Shown: positions 48,698 to 60,489 of the stretch, in pieces
Layout of the letters: the number at the start of each line of letters is the position of its first letter
How positions within the stretch are numbered: position 1 is the first letter of the stretch
DNA from: an uncultured Rhodospirillaceae bacterium
Lineage (GTDB): Bacteria; Pseudomonadota; Alphaproteobacteria; UBA2966
Assembly (NCBI GenBank): GCA_964528595.1
Contig: CAZGTM010000009.1
Coordinates: forward strand, 2,363 to 66,362
Reading direction: 5' to 3'
DNA: 64,000 bases
Notes under the pieces: generated by a model
Told to the model about the DNA's origin: nothing
Database searches by the model: none
The model's input: the letters and a program-made list of their open reading frames with translations, nothing else
Made by a program: the position numbers and the translations under genes

Positions 48698-50758
48698 ATG
48701 ATGTCGGAGGGCAAGTCCCAACGGAAAATGTTTAGTTTTCCGCAATTCAACGCCTTGAGATCGTTTAAGATCTCCACACGCTTCAACATTCTTTTGGCGA
48801 TGACGCTGGTCGGTTTTGTCGGTCTCGGCGTTGTTTTCACATGGGGCGAGCGCGAGATCGAACATGCGCTGTCTGAGAGAGCGACATACGAAAAACTGGC
48901 GCTTTATGCCCGTGATGCCAACATCAACGCGCTTCAAATGCGTCGCGCCGAAAAGGATTTCTTCCTGCGCTTGAAGGAGAAGTATGTCGGCCGCTACGAT
49001 GCCGCCGCCGAAAAAGCAAAGGCTTCGCTGGAACAGATCGCGGCGCTCAACATCGACGAAGTGTCGGAAGCAGTTACTGCGGCTCAGGAGAAACTACCGG
49101 CCCATGTCGCCCAACTTCATGCCGTTTTCAACAAGAACAAGGAACTGGGCCTGGATGAAAAATCAGGCCTCAGAGGTGTGTTGCGCGGCACCGTCAAATC
49201 CGCCGAAAAACAACTGCAATGGCTGAGCAACGACCAACTCGTCGTCAAAATGCTGATGATGCGGCGGCACGAAAAGGATTACATGCTGCGCGGCAACGAT
49301 AAGTATGTCGGAAGGATCGACAAACGCCGCGTGGAATTCCTCGCCATCCTTGACAAGAGCAACGCCGGGGAAGAAGCGAAAAAGCAGATCGCCGGTAAAA
49401 TCGACAGCTATGTTTCGTCTTTCAAGAAATTCGTCGCGGGACGGAAGGATGTTACCGCGTCGGCAAAAAAACTCAGCAGCATTTATTCCGAACTCGAACC
49501 GCAACTCGTCAGTTTGTTCGAAACGGCCGAAAGCGGTTTAGCCAAGGCCGAGGCCCGCATGGAAACTGTCAGCGGCACCGTCCGTTGGACCATGGCTCTA
49601 ATCGGTGCCGTCATTGTTGTATTCGTTACCGCTGCCGTCCTGCTGATTTCAACCAGCATACGCCGGCCGGTAACCGGACTCCGTGCCGTGATGGCGAAAT
49701 TGAGCGAGGGCGACAATTCGGTCGAGATCCCCGGCTTGCAAGCCAAAGATGAAGTCGGCGATATGGCCCGCTCCGTACAGGTCTTCAAGGAAACGGCCCT
49801 TGAAGCCGAACGCATGACGGCGGAACAGGATAAAACCCGTGCCGAGCGCGAGCGTCAGACGGAGGCCGAACGCCAGCGGGAGATCGAAGAAAACCAGACC
49901 CGCGAAGCGCGTCAAAACCACATCAACGAATTGACCTCGGGTTTCGGCAGTACCGTGGAGAAAATCCTCGGTGTCGTCGCCTCGCAATCCACCGAGATGG
50001 AAACCTCGGCGCAATCCATGTCGGAAATCGCCAAGCAAACACTTGGTGAGAGCGTTTCCGTCGCGACGGCGGCCGAACAGGCCACCGCCAGCGTGCAAAC
50101 CGTGGCCAGTGCGGCCGAGGAACTGTCATCCTCGATCGGCGAAATCAGCCGCCAGGTTACGCATTCGGCGGAAATTTCAGGCCAGGCCGTGAAAGCCGCG
50201 GACGGGACCAATCAGACCATCCGCGATTTGGCAGATGGTGCTCAGCGGATCGGCGAGGTGGTCGATCTGATCAACGACATCGCCAATCAAACCAACCTGC
50301 TGGCTCTGAACGCGACCATCGAGGCCGCGCGCGCCGGCGAGGCGGGCAAAGGCTTTGCCGTCGTCGCTTCCGAGGTCAAGAACCTGGCGGCTCAAACGGC
50401 ACAGGCGACGGAGGACATCAGCAACCAGATCGGTTCGATCCAGTCCACCACCCAAGATGCGGTCGGCGCCATCGAGGGCATCAGCACCACGATCTCGGAG
50501 ATGAACGAGATCGCGACGACGATTGCTTCGGCGGTCGAGGAACAGGGGGCGGCCACCGGCGAAATCAGCCGCAACGTCCAGGAAGCCGCCACGGGTACGC
50601 AGAACGTCTCGGAAAGCATCGTCACGGTGAAGGCCGGATCGGAACAGACAGGTGATGCCTCGGGTAGCGTGCTCAACACCTCCCGCGAATTGGCGGGGCG
50701 GTTCAAGTCCTTGAAGTCCGAGGTTGAAAGCTTCCTCAGCGATATCAAGGCAGCATAA
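48698..50758 (+). CDS. methyl-accepting chemotaxis protein (large helical periplasmic sensor, HAMP, MA domain)
   Basis: 686 aa. TM1 [19 protein letters not shown], an approximately 250-aa periplasmic region, TM2 [26 protein letters not shown], and the conserved hairpin ..[37 protein letters not shown]... Confidence 0.93.
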   Translation: MMSEGKSQRKMFSFPQFNALRSFKISTRFNILLAMTLVGFVGLGVVFTWGEREIEHALSERATYEKLALYARDANINALQMRRAEKDFFLRLKEKYVGRYDAAAEKAKASLEQIAALNIDEVSEAVTAAQEKLPAHVAQLHAVFNKNKELGLDEKSGLRGVLRGTVKSAEKQLQWLSNDQLVVKMLMMRRHEKDYMLRGNDKYVGRIDKRRVEFLAILDKSNAGEEAKKQIAGKIDSYVSSFKKFVAGRKDVTASAKKLSSIYSELEPQLVSLFETAESGLAKAEARMETVSGTVRWTMALIGAVIVVFVTAAVLLISTSIRRPVTGLRAVMAKLSEGDNSVEIPGLQAKDEVGDMARSVQVFKETALEAERMTAEQDKTRAERERQTEAERQREIEENQTREARQNHINELTSGFGSTVEKILGVVASQSTEMETSAQSMSEIAKQTLGESVSVATAAEQATASVQTVASAAEELSSSIGEISRQVTHSAEISGQAVKAADGTNQTIRDLADGAQRIGEVVDLINDIANQTNLLALNATIEAARAGEAGKGFAVVASEVKNLAAQTAQATEDISNQIGSIQSTTQDAVGAIEGISTTISEMNEIATTIASAVEEQGAATGEISRNVQEAATGTQNVSESIVTVKAGSEQTGDASGSVLNTSRELAGRFKSLKSEVESFLSDIKAA

Positions 50759-50778
50759 GAGAACTAGGGGTAAAGCGG

Positions 50779-50810
50779 GAGCCGGCGATTCTGTCGCCGG
50801 CTCTTGCTTT
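50779..50810. terminator. rho-independent terminator between convergent MCP and motB
   Basis: GAGCCGGCGA-TTCTG-TCGCCGGCTC (10-bp stem) followed by TTGCTTT. Confidence 0.7.
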
Positions 50811-50814
50811 GGCG

Positions 50815-51714
50815 CTATTCTTCTTTTTGCATGGACGGCGGCAGCACCGGCGCTTGTCTCAACAAGATGATCGATATCCGCCTGTTTTCAGAGAGAAACG
50901 GATCTTCCGGCGTCAGCGGATCCTGATCGGCCCGTCCCACCACGCGGGCGATCCGCTCCGGCGGAATACCGGCCTCCTGCAGAACACGGCGGCTGGCATT
51001 GGCCCGGTCCGAAGAAAGCTCCCAGTTCGAATAGCCATCCTTGGTTTCGAACGGTGAGGCGTCGGTATGACCGGATATCGACAGATCGTTCGGCAGTTTG
51101 CCGATGACGACGGCGATCTCGCGCATGATTTGCTTGGTTCGTTCATTCATCTGGTCGGTGCCGCCCTTGAACATGGAGCCACCGTCCTGGTCGACAATCT
51201 GGATGCGCATGCCCTCCTTGGTCATGTCGATCTTGACCTGTTCGGCAAGTTCTTCCATTTCGGGACTTTCCTTCAACGCAGCTTCAAGGATTTGCTGGGC
51301 ATCCTCGAACGACGACTGCTCGCGCGCCGCTACTTCCTCCTGCAGCTGCGTGTCCGTCGCATCCTCCAGGGTATCGCTGCTGGCCTTCGACAAGTCGGAA
51401 GGGTTGCTGAGCTCGTTGTTGAGCTGGACGACGACTGTCGGCGCACCCGAATCGGATGACTTCGCCCCTTCGGTGGAGATGCTGAGGCCGCCCATCACGC
51501 CGCCGGAACCGGAGCGTGAAAAACTAACGGTGGTCGGGGCGAAATAATCGGCGATGCCGCTCTTTTGCTCATCGGTTGTCACGTTCAACAACCACAACAG
51601 CAGGAAAAACGCCATCATGGCGGTGACGAAATCCGCGTAAGCGACCTTCCAGGCGCCGCCGTGGGCGCCGCCCGAGATTTTCTTTACCCGCTTGATGATG
51701 ATTTCGCCAGCCAT
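50815..51714 (-). CDS. motB: flagellar motor stator protein MotB
   Basis: 299 aa. N-terminal ..GGAWKVAYADFVTAMMAFFLLLWLL.. (TM with the conserved Asp) and a C-terminal OmpA-like domain ..ISGHTDA...........NWELSSDRA...R.L... Confidence 0.92.
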   Translation of the reverse strand: MAGEIIIKRVKKISGGAHGGAWKVAYADFVTAMMAFFLLLWLLNVTTDEQKSGIADYFAPTTVSFSRSGSGGVMGGLSISTEGAKSSDSGAPTVVVQLNNELSNPSDLSKASSDTLEDATDTQLQEEVAAREQSSFEDAQQILEAALKESPEMEELAEQVKIDMTKEGMRIQIVDQDGGSMFKGGTDQMNERTKQIMREIAVVIGKLPNDLSISGHTDASPFETKDGYSNWELSSDRANASRRVLQEAGIPPERIARVVGRADQDPLTPEDPFLSENRRISIILLRQAPVLPPSMQKEE

Positions 51715-51746
51715 TGCGAAATATCCTTTGTTCGGTGCTGCCCGGC

Positions 51747-52615
51747 CTAACCGCCGGCGCCCGGATTAGGGGCTTCCTGGACGGCTTCTTCGAGTTCAGC
51801 GAAAGAAGGACGCTCGTGCGAGAACAGCGTCTTGCGCGCGAACTCAATGCTGACAGCCGGCGGATAGCCATTCAGGTGAGCGAGAATACCAGCTTTCATG
51901 CAGTTGAAGTATTTGCTGTCGGCGTCGGCATAGTTGCCCAGGCTTGTGCCGATCGGGGAGACCAGACCGTAGGCCAGAAGAATACCCAGGAACGTTCCGA
52001 CCAGCGCCGCGCCGATAAGTCCGCCCAACACCTCCGGCGGCTCACTGATGCTCGCCATCGTGACGATGACGCCCAGCACCGCCGCGACGATGCCGAAGGC
52101 CGGCAAGCCGTCCCCCATGTTATTGACGGCGTGGGAGATCGCATGCGCTTCGTTGTGATGTGTTTCGATGTCCTCGTCCAGCAGGGCTTCCATTTCGTGC
52201 GGGTTGTCAGTCCCCATTGTCATCAAGCGCAGGTAATCGCAGAGAAATCGACGGCGTGGTGGTTGGCCAGGAAAATCGGGAAAGGTTGAAATATCGGGCT
52301 TTCCTCCGGCTCCTCCAAATGGGATTCCAGGGCGAGCATGCCTTTGGCCTTGGCGAGCCGGAAAATGACGTACAGCAGGGTCAGGAGTTCGAGATAGGTT
52401 TCCTTGCTGTGCGGGGTCCGCTTCATCACGCGGCTGAAATGCTTCAGCGTCCCCTTCAGAATATGACCCGGATTGGCGACCAGATAGGCACCGAATGCGG
52501 CGCCGAAAATAATAAGTAATTCAAGGGGTTGGAACAATACGCGAATGTCCCCGTGAGGCAGATAACCACCCAGCACGGAGCCGAACACAACTACAAGGCC
52601 GACAAAGAACATCAT
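51747..52615 (-). pseudogene. motA: flagellar motor stator protein MotA, reading frame broken by a 1-nt deletion at about 52245-52247
   Basis: The track splits it into 52223..52615 (..FLANHHAVDFSAITCA*) and 51747..52226 (MMTMGTDNPHEMEALLDEDIETHH..). Reading the downstream frame backwards gives FLCDYLRLMTMGTDNPHEMEALLDEDIETH. This matches my recollection of E. coli MotA DFIVDYLRLIISGHMNTFEIEALMDEEIETH. The two frames join at GAT-TT(T)-CTC, a T run on the coding strand (AAA at plus 52245-52247). Confidence 0.85.
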
Positions 52616-52792
52616 GGGCTAAAAGCTCGGCCTAACTTATTGAAGTAAAACAATTTCCGCCCCCTTAGGAGATAAATCTAGCGTTAATTCGCCAAAGGTT
52701 CAATGTCGCTTGCATTTGTGACTAAAGTCATAAGATCAAGTTTTTACCTGCAAATTCAAGGGTTAATCGAAGCATTTCCAGTGTCTTTCCGC

Positions 52793-54034
52793 TTAGTGAC
52801 GGGCCTGGCCGTCGCCGCCGTGGGCGGTAATGCTGAGGTGCTGTACGGCAAACCCCGCACCCTTCAGGCCGGCGATGATTTCCTGTGCGTGCTCGGGATC
52901 GCGGCTTTCGATCATCAGGTCGAGGTCCGCGCCCTTGACCGGAACGTCGGCAAACAGACGATGGTGGTGGACTTCGATGATATTGCCGCCGGCTTCGCCG
53001 ACCAGGCGGGCGATTTCCGCCAGCATGCCGGGTTGATCCTGGATCTCAACGCGCAGGCTGACGATGCGGCCCTGGCGGACCAGGCCGCGCGAGATGACGG
53101 AGGCCAGCAGACGAGAATCAATATTACCGCCCGATATGACCAAGCCGACGCGCTTGCCCTGGAAACGCGCGGGATGGGCCAGCAGCGCGGCGAGAGGTGT
53201 CGCGCCGGCACCTTCGACAACCGTCTTTTCAACTTCCATGTAGAGCACGATCGCCTCCTCGATTTCCGCTTCGGAGACCGACAGGACGTCGTCGACCAGT
53301 TCCCGCGTGACGGCCAGGGTTTTTTCGCCGACCGCCTTGACGGCGATACCGTCGGCGATGGTTTGTCCGCCAGGTGACTGAGCCTCGCCGTCCAGGGCGC
53401 GTCGCATGGAAGGAAAAAGTGCCGCTTCCACGCCGACGATTTCGATTTCCGGTTTGAGGGTCTTGGCGGCGATTGCGCAGCCGGAAATCAAGCCGCCGCC
53501 ACCGATCGGCACGATAAGGACATCGAGGTCGGGGGCGTCGGTCAGCATTTCCAGGGCCACGGTGCCTTGACCGGCGATAATGTCATCGTCGTCGTAAGGG
53601 TGAATGAAGGTCAACCCGCTCTCGGCCGCCAATTCGTCCGCCTTGGCCTTCGATTCTTCCAGCGTATCGCCCTCCAGTACGACACGCGCGCCGTAGCCGC
53701 GCGTATGGCGGACCTTGGTGAAAGGCGTAAAACGCGGCATGACGATGGTCGCCGGAATACCCAGTTTCTGGGCGTGGTAGGCGACCCCCTGGGCATGATT
53801 TCCAGCCGACATGGCAATGACCCCGGTGTTCGCTTCGGCCTTCTTCAACCGGCTGAGTTTGACCAGGGCGCCACGGTCTTTGAAGGAACCGGTGAACTGT
53901 AAATTCTCGAATTTCAATACGACGTCAGCGCCGGTTATTTCCGAGAGCGTTCTTGATTCCAGGGTCGGCGTGCGTACGGTTTCACCGGCGACGATCTTCG
54001 CCGCGGCCTGAATATCTGAAAGCCCGATGGTCAT
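52793..54034 (-). CDS. ilvA: threonine ammonia-lyase (biosynthetic type with one C-terminal ACT-like regulatory domain)
   Basis: 413 aa. PLP-lysine TGSFKDRGA, SAGNHAQG, glycine loop IGGGGLISG, and a C-terminal regulatory domain (..GRIVSLRVEIQDQPGMLAEIARLVGE..). Confidence 0.9.
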   Translation of the reverse strand: MTIGLSDIQAAAKIVAGETVRTPTLESRTLSEITGADVVLKFENLQFTGSFKDRGALVKLSRLKKAEANTGVIAMSAGNHAQGVAYHAQKLGIPATIVMPRFTPFTKVRHTRGYGARVVLEGDTLEESKAKADELAAESGLTFIHPYDDDDIIAGQGTVALEMLTDAPDLDVLIVPIGGGGLISGCAIAAKTLKPEIEIVGVEAALFPSMRRALDGEAQSPGGQTIADGIAVKAVGEKTLAVTRELVDDVLSVSEAEIEEAIVLYMEVEKTVVEGAGATPLAALLAHPARFQGKRVGLVISGGNIDSRLLASVISRGLVRQGRIVSLRVEIQDQPGMLAEIARLVGEAGGNIIEVHHHRLFADVPVKGADLDLMIESRDPEHAQEIIAGLKGAGFAVQHLSITAHGGDGQARH

Positions 54035-56442
54035 TGGTCGGGCGTCAACCGGAGGGTGCCGACCGAACCGGCCATGATGGCATCGCGCTTCATCGTCATC
54101 GGCAGGTCGCTGACGTCGCGCCAGGCCTGGGTGAAGTTGCCGTGGAACGGCGAGAGCGGGTTGCCGGACTGTCCCGTCGTGTGAATCCAGCGTGAGCGGT
54201 CAAGATCGGAGAAATCGTAAATCGCCCGCAGGCTGGGGCCATGATATTGGCGGTAGGGGTGGTCGGGATCTGAGATTTTGTGTTTACCGACGTTAACGGT
54301 ATAGCCGTCGCCGCTGGAGGGAATGGAAATATCGAAGAGCGTGGCCAGGGGGCCGACGTGAGTGAACGGATTGTGATCCGAATGCGCCACATGCCGGTCG
54401 CCCCACCGCCAAGCCGAAGGATCTTCGTTGTCCATCTCCTCAGCCAATTCCGCGGCGGCCGCGTCGAGGGCCTTCAGGATGACGTCGTTGCAGCTTTCCT
54501 TCGGCGCCGTTTTAACGTCGTCGCACCAGTGCGCCTGACCGCCCATCAGCACGTTGCTCATGAAGACTGGGCGGGCGTCCCAATAGTCCTTGAACATGTC
54601 GCCGAGCTCGTCGGCGTAAACCGTCTTGCCGAGGTGCTTGATCCAGGCATTGAAGATCAGCGGTTCAGGCTTGTTGCGGTCCATCTCGCCCTTCCAGTTC
54701 GCCAGCAGGGCATAGGATTTAACCGACAGGGCGGCGGTCGGTTTCACTTCCAGCAAGCGCGGCAGAAAGTCGGTCGCCATAACCGAGGTGACGTCACCCT
54801 GCAGCAGACGGACGCTGTCGACGGTGTGCTTCTCCCGGCCGGTCAGCAAATGCTCGATGCGGCGGGCGCGGTAGGGCGTCGCCCATTCGAAGGTGATGTG
54901 GTGGGGATAGCCGTTGGGCACGATCTTATGATTGGCCGTCGCTACGTAACCCCGCGCCGGATTGTAGGTGTGGGGGAGTTCCTCGAAGGGTATGAAGCCG
55001 TCCCAGTCGTAAGCCGCTTCCCATCCCGGCACCGGAAAGAAGCCCTGGACCTTGTTCTCGGGTTTTCGCACCGGTATGCGGCCCGGCGCATACATGCCGA
55101 TGTTGCCGTCGATGTCGGCGAAAACCATGTTCTGCTGCGGCACGTCGTAGTGCCGCAGGGCGGCGACGAACTCGTCCCAATTGCGCGCCTTGTTGCTGCC
55201 GATCAGGGCTTCCGCCGTGCCGCTGTCATCCCTCAGCGCGGTCCAGGCAAATGCCATCACATGGCCTTCGCCGGCGACCTTGGCGGCCGAACCGGAGGCA
55301 TCGGAGATAATCGGGCCGTGGCGGCTGGTGCGGACGTCGATGGTGATGTCCTCGCCGTCCTTGACCCGGATGACCTCCCGTCGAACGCTGAATTTCGCCG
55401 TTCCCGTCGGCGTGTCGTAGCTGGTCGGATCGCCTTCGGTCAGGCGCTCGATGAACATGTCCTGAACGTCGGGACCGGTGTTGGTGAAGCCCCAGGCGAT
55501 GCGCTCGTTGCGCCCCAGCACGATGCCGGGGATGCCGGGCAGGGTGGCGCCCATGGCGTTGAGCCCCGGCGCTTTGACGTGGGCGAAATACCACACCGGC
55601 GGCGCCGCCAGGCCCAAGTGCGGATCGTTGGCAAGCAGCGGTTTGCCGCTGGCCGTGCGGGCGCCGGAAATGACCCAGTTGTTGGAACCGTTGGCTGCAT
55701 CGGGCAGCAGGCTGGCCGGCAAGCCGGCGAAATCCGTCCCCTTCAGATCGATCCCGTCGTACAGGCCGGCAATATCGGGCAGGGCGATCGGTGCGTCGCC
55801 GGGGTAAGGCGGAAACATTTCCGCCACCTGTTGCTGGCTCAATCCGGCCTGGACCAGACGGAAGCGCAGGATTTCCTTGCGCCAGTTGGCCCCGAGGTCC
55901 CAGGCCATCATTTTGGCCCATACCAGAGAATCAGCCGGCTTCCAGGGATCCGGCTTGACGCCGAGTATGAGGAATTCGGGCGGCAGCGGCTTTGTGAGGC
56001 CGCCGCGCCCGGCAATATATTGGTTTACGCCGGCGGCGTAGGACTCCATCGCATGCCGGGCGTCGTCGGAAAGATTGGCGACGGTATTTTCGGCATGATG
56101 GTAGACCGACAGCGTGCGCAGGAACCTGTCGGCGTTGACGGTCTGGGCGCCCAGGATTTCCGACAGCCTGCCGGCGCCGATGCGCCGGTTCATCTCCATC
56201 TGCCACATGCGGTCTTGGGCGTGGGCGTATCCCAAGCCGAACCAGGCATCGCTTTCGGTTTTGGCGTAGATGTGTGGAATACCGTGCCGGTCGCGGGTAA
56301 TTTCCAGCGATTTTCCCAGCCCACTAACGGACGCCGTACCGTCCATTTGAGGCAGCGAACCGCGTAGCCAAAGGTAGCCGCCACCCAGCGCGACGGCGAC
56401 AATGACGATCAAACCGACAACGATACGAACGATCCAACGCAT
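54031..56442 (-). CDS. penicillin acylase family Ntn-hydrolase (possible acyl-homoserine-lactone/beta-lactam acylase)
   Basis: 803 aa with an N-terminal membrane anchor or signal. ..RDRHGIPHIYA....DA.FGLGYAHAQDRMWQME.. and the processing site ..GSNNWVISG..T.SGKPLLANDPHL.. (N-terminal nucleophile Ser). Confidence 0.88.
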   Translation of the reverse strand: MRWIVRIVVGLIVIVAVALGGGYLWLRGSLPQMDGTASVSGLGKSLEITRDRHGIPHIYAKTESDAWFGLGYAHAQDRMWQMEMNRRIGAGRLSEILGAQTVNADRFLRTLSVYHHAENTVANLSDDARHAMESYAAGVNQYIAGRGGLTKPLPPEFLILGVKPDPWKPADSLVWAKMMAWDLGANWRKEILRFRLVQAGLSQQQVAEMFPPYPGDAPIALPDIAGLYDGIDLKGTDFAGLPASLLPDAANGSNNWVISGARTASGKPLLANDPHLGLAAPPVWYFAHVKAPGLNAMGATLPGIPGIVLGRNERIAWGFTNTGPDVQDMFIERLTEGDPTSYDTPTGTAKFSVRREVIRVKDGEDITIDVRTSRHGPIISDASGSAAKVAGEGHVMAFAWTALRDDSGTAEALIGSNKARNWDEFVAALRHYDVPQQNMVFADIDGNIGMYAPGRIPVRKPENKVQGFFPVPGWEAAYDWDGFIPFEELPHTYNPARGYVATANHKIVPNGYPHHITFEWATPYRARRIEHLLTGREKHTVDSVRLLQGDVTSVMATDFLPRLLEVKPTAALSVKSYALLANWKGEMDRNKPEPLIFNAWIKHLGKTVYADELGDMFKDYWDARPVFMSNVLMGGQAHWCDDVKTAPKESCNDVILKALDAAAAELAEEMDNEDPSAWRWGDRHVAHSDHNPFTHVGPLATLFDISIPSSGDGYTVNVGKHKISDPDHPYRQYHGPSLRAIYDFSDLDRSRWIHTTGQSGNPLSPFHGNFTQAWRDVSDLPMTMKRDAIMAGSVGTLRLTPDQ

Positions 56443-56586
56443 AAAGTGAAAATCCCAGGTTCCACACCGCGGGCAACGGTGCCTTCGCGCGCCATAAAAT
56501 CAGATATGACAGCCGCTTGAAACCGGCAAATTCCACCAAACTCGGGTGTACACCTTAATTTTCACCAAAAAGCGCCAAACATGAGT

Positions 56587-57390
56587 TTAGAACATCGGTT
56601 TGAGCGCCTTCCAGAGCTTCTCATTGCGCTTCCAGATCAACGAACGGTGACTGTCGCCCAGGCAGGTACGCAAGTTGAACGTGACGCCACGCTCGACCGA
56701 TTGGTTGCAGATGCCGAGCACCTCCCGGGCCCGTTTCACTTCCTGGGGACTGACTGAGCGTTCGAGCGCCGGTGAAACGGCGCTGCGCCACAAGCCCTGT
56801 CGGAAATTCGCCGAGGCAATGCGTTGGTCGGGCAGGGGGCTCATCAGCGCCGACAGCAGACGCGCCTGGCTCCAAATGGGGCCGTCCTCGAAAAACGACA
56901 TGGCCAGTTTGCGGTCCGGTCCGACGACCTTGGCGATTTCCTCGGCCCTCAGGGGATTGGGGTCGCCCGGCTTGGCGACGGGCAAAAGCGTCGCCCCGTC
57001 GGTGATCTCTATGGCCAAGGCCCGGATGCCGCGTTCGTCGAGGAAAGATCGATCGACCATCACCGCGACGGAGGCGACCGGTTCGTTGGCTTCGAACACG
57101 AAGTCCTGGCCGACCGGCAGGCGCACGACGCTGCCGTCGGCGCTTGTCGCGACGATCGCCAGGCCCCGCTGTCCGGCCGGTTGATAAGGATGGCCGGCGT
57201 GCGGATTGAGGCGGTCCGGCTGCAGGCAATAGCTGGTCAGAATGGCCTGGCAGGTGCCGCCTTCGCAGTAGAGCGGCTGAGGTATATTGGTCGCCATCAG
57301 GCCCAGGATCTGCGGCGCCGCGGCGGCAGTAAAGGATTGGAACGCGAGGGCAAACAAAGCGGCCGTGACGCCGCATACGTAACGCAACAT
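56587..57390 (-). CDS. secreted hypothetical protein (Cys-containing)
   Basis: 267 aa. Signal peptide MLRYVCGVTAALFALAFQSFTAAAA. Cys cluster ..PLYCEGGTCQAILTSYCLQP.. and two further C-terminal Cys. No family recognised. Confidence 0.6.
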   Translation of the reverse strand: MLRYVCGVTAALFALAFQSFTAAAAPQILGLMATNIPQPLYCEGGTCQAILTSYCLQPDRLNPHAGHPYQPAGQRGLAIVATSADGSVVRLPVGQDFVFEANEPVASVAVMVDRSFLDERGIRALAIEITDGATLLPVAKPGDPNPLRAEEIAKVVGPDRKLAMSFFEDGPIWSQARLLSALMSPLPDQRIASANFRQGLWRSAVSPALERSVSPQEVKRAREVLGICNQSVERGVTFNLRTCLGDSHRSLIWKRNEKLWKALKPMF

Positions 57391-57551
57391 GTCACACCTT
57401 CCCTTCGGCTCTCACCTCAGTCACACCGGTACGTCCCCCGAGACGACACGGCTGGGTGAGGCTGTTGGAATGGTTGGTTACCGGCCCCCGGCTGTCAACA
57501 TTTCAGTCCGCCGGGACGTTCACATCTTCGGCAACATTTCGCCTTCGCGAG

Positions 57552-57944
57552 TTACTCGGCAGCGTCGGATTGTGCTTCACCTGTTTCCCGCGCGTCGCGG
57601 GCGATGGTACGCCGCCGCAACGACCGGGGTTTCAGATGCCGCCGGCAAACCTCGACCACAGCCTCTTCCTCGAAGGCCTTACAGGAAAAGACGTCGAGAT
57701 AAACATCACCCGTCAAATCGGCGAAATGAGCGCAAATGTTGGAGGTTTCGATCAATTGAACCAGGGTGAACCCCGCCGCTTCCGGCGTATGCGTGGCGAA
57801 ATGCTCGACCAAGGGTTCGCCATGGGCCTTCATGCCGATGGCGACGACGAGATCGCGGCTGAAGTTACGGATCGCATTGGCATTTGTTATGGCCGCCTTG
57901 TCGCATGCCGCCATATCCACAATGAAATGCTGTCCCCATGCCAT
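57552..57944 (-). CDS. S-adenosylmethionine decarboxylase (SpeD/SpeH, pyruvoyl proenzyme) family protein, divergent
   Basis: ATG 57944 inside track ORF 57552..57983, 10 nt after the upstream stop. MAWGQHFIVDMAACD.. and ..FTLVQLIETSNICAHFADLTGDVYLDVFSC.. align with the small bacterial AdoMetDC pattern (..AESHLTIHTWPE...A.DVFTC..). Confidence 0.7.
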   Translation of the reverse strand: MAWGQHFIVDMAACDKAAITNANAIRNFSRDLVVAIGMKAHGEPLVEHFATHTPEAAGFTLVQLIETSNICAHFADLTGDVYLDVFSCKAFEEEAVVEVCRRHLKPRSLRRRTIARDARETGEAQSDAAE

Positions 57945-57954
57945 GGCGTTTCCC

Positions 57955-58844
57955 TCAGCCGGCGGCGCGTTCGGCGGTCTCATGGAACTGATCGAAATAC
58001 CGGTCCTTCATGCCTTTTTGGTTTTCGTAGATCGAGCCCTGATGGGGCGCCGCGGGCAGCGGCAGCCGCACGGGGACGTCCGTGAGGCGCGGGACGGCGC
58101 TTTCTTCGCCGGACAACAGCTTGGCTTTGAAGTCGTCGTAGGATCGGACGCCCAGGACCGGCCAGGCATCGGCGGCCCGGTACTGATGCAGCAGCAAGCG
58201 GCGCGCCTCACCCGACCGGTTGAGGCTGGAGCCGTGTACGGCGCGCACGTGGTGGAGGGATATCGACCCGGCCCGGCCGGTAACCGGCGCCGCGAGGTCG
58301 TAATCGAGATCCCGCTTCGCCGGGTCCATGGCGCCGCAAAAATAGCCTTCGGCGTGGTGGTCGAATACCGGGCCTAAGTGACTGCCTGGCACGACCATGA
58401 GGGGCCCGTTCTCAAGCGTCATGTCGTCGAGCATGATGCCGACGGCGGCGAGGTCGTCGTTGGTGTGGGGATAGAAGGCCCAGTCCTGGTGCCATTCCAC
58501 GGCGGCGCCGAAGCCCGCATCCTTGAGATTGAGCTTGGAGGTATCGAACCGCACGCCCGTGCCCCATAGCCGTTCTAATATCCCGATCACCGTCGGATGC
58601 CGGACGGCGCGGGCATAGGCGTCGTGGTGGAGATGCGGCGCCTTCAGCCGCCGGACGCGCGGCGCGGCGGGCGAGTGGCTGTCCTCGAGATCGTAAAGCT
58701 CGGTATGTTCGGCAACGGCGGACGACTGCGCCACCAAGTCGTCAGTGACCGCGCGAAGCTCGGCGATGTCCTCGGCGGAGAAAACGTCCGCCACGACCAG
58801 GAAGCCTTGTTCGTGATAGCGCGCAGCGTCGGCGTCGGAAATCA

Positions 58845-58845
<1 letters not shown>
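57955..58845 (-). CDS. phytanoyl-CoA dioxygenase (PhyH) family Fe(II)/2OG oxygenase
   Basis: 296 aa. ..YHEQGFLVV..VFS..DI..L.., ..WHQDWAFYPHTND.. (HxD) and ..GSISLHHVRAVHGS.. (distal His). Confidence 0.82.
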
Positions 58846-59894
<1,049 letters not shown>

Positions 59895-60027
59895 CTACGG
59901 GCAGGAAAGGTGTTCAATGGCATGAGAATCCGACGCCCTGACCGCCCCGCCGTTTTGGCGCAAATATTCAAGAACTGTCTCCTCGTCGTCACTATATGTA
60001 AGCAACATCAATTCCCGGAGGCGACCC

Positions 60028-60489
60028 ATGAAACTGACGGTCAACGGACAAGTCCACACCATATCCCCGGCTTGGCGGGAGGAAACGCTCCTGTTTACCT
60101 TGCGGGAACACTTGGGCCTGGTCGGCGCCAAGTTCGGCTGCGGCGCGGGGCTTTGCGGGGCCTGCACCGTTTTGGTCAACGGCGAAGCAAGGCAAAGCTG
60201 TCTCCTCAGCCTCGGCGAAGTCGCGGGGACGCGGATCGAAACCATCGAAGGGCTGGCTGATGCGAAGGGCGGGCCCCATCCCGTTCAGCAAGCCTGGCTG
60301 GAGGAAAACGTGCCGCAATGCGGATACTGCCAGGCCGGCCAGATCATGTCGGCCACGGCTCTGCTGCGGCAAAATCCGCAACCGACTGAAGGGGACATAG
60401 ACGACGCCATGTCCGGGAACCTATGCCGTTGCGGCACGCAGCAGCGCATTCGCCGGGCGGTGAACCGGGCGGCGGAGATCCTGTCATGA
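60028..60489 (+). CDS. (2Fe-2S)-binding subunit of an IorA/aldehyde oxidoreductase-type molybdoenzyme
   Basis: 153 aa. Cluster motifs [11 protein letters not shown] and [10 protein letters not shown]...LCRCGT. Confidence 0.9.
   Translation: MKLTVNGQVHTISPAWREETLLFTLREHLGLVGAKFGCGAGLCGACTVLVNGEARQSCLLSLGEVAGTRIETIEGLADAKGGPHPVQQAWLEENVPQCGYCQAGQIMSATALLRQNPQPTEGDIDDAMSGNLCRCGTQQRIRRAVNRAAEILS

Noticed and set aside
54280-56367. 695-aa ORF on the plus strand
   Set aside because: It lies entirely antisense to the well-supported penicillin-acylase-family gene. The translation is Arg/Gly/Val/Ala-rich with no recognisable motifs, a typical antisense open frame in high-GC DNA.
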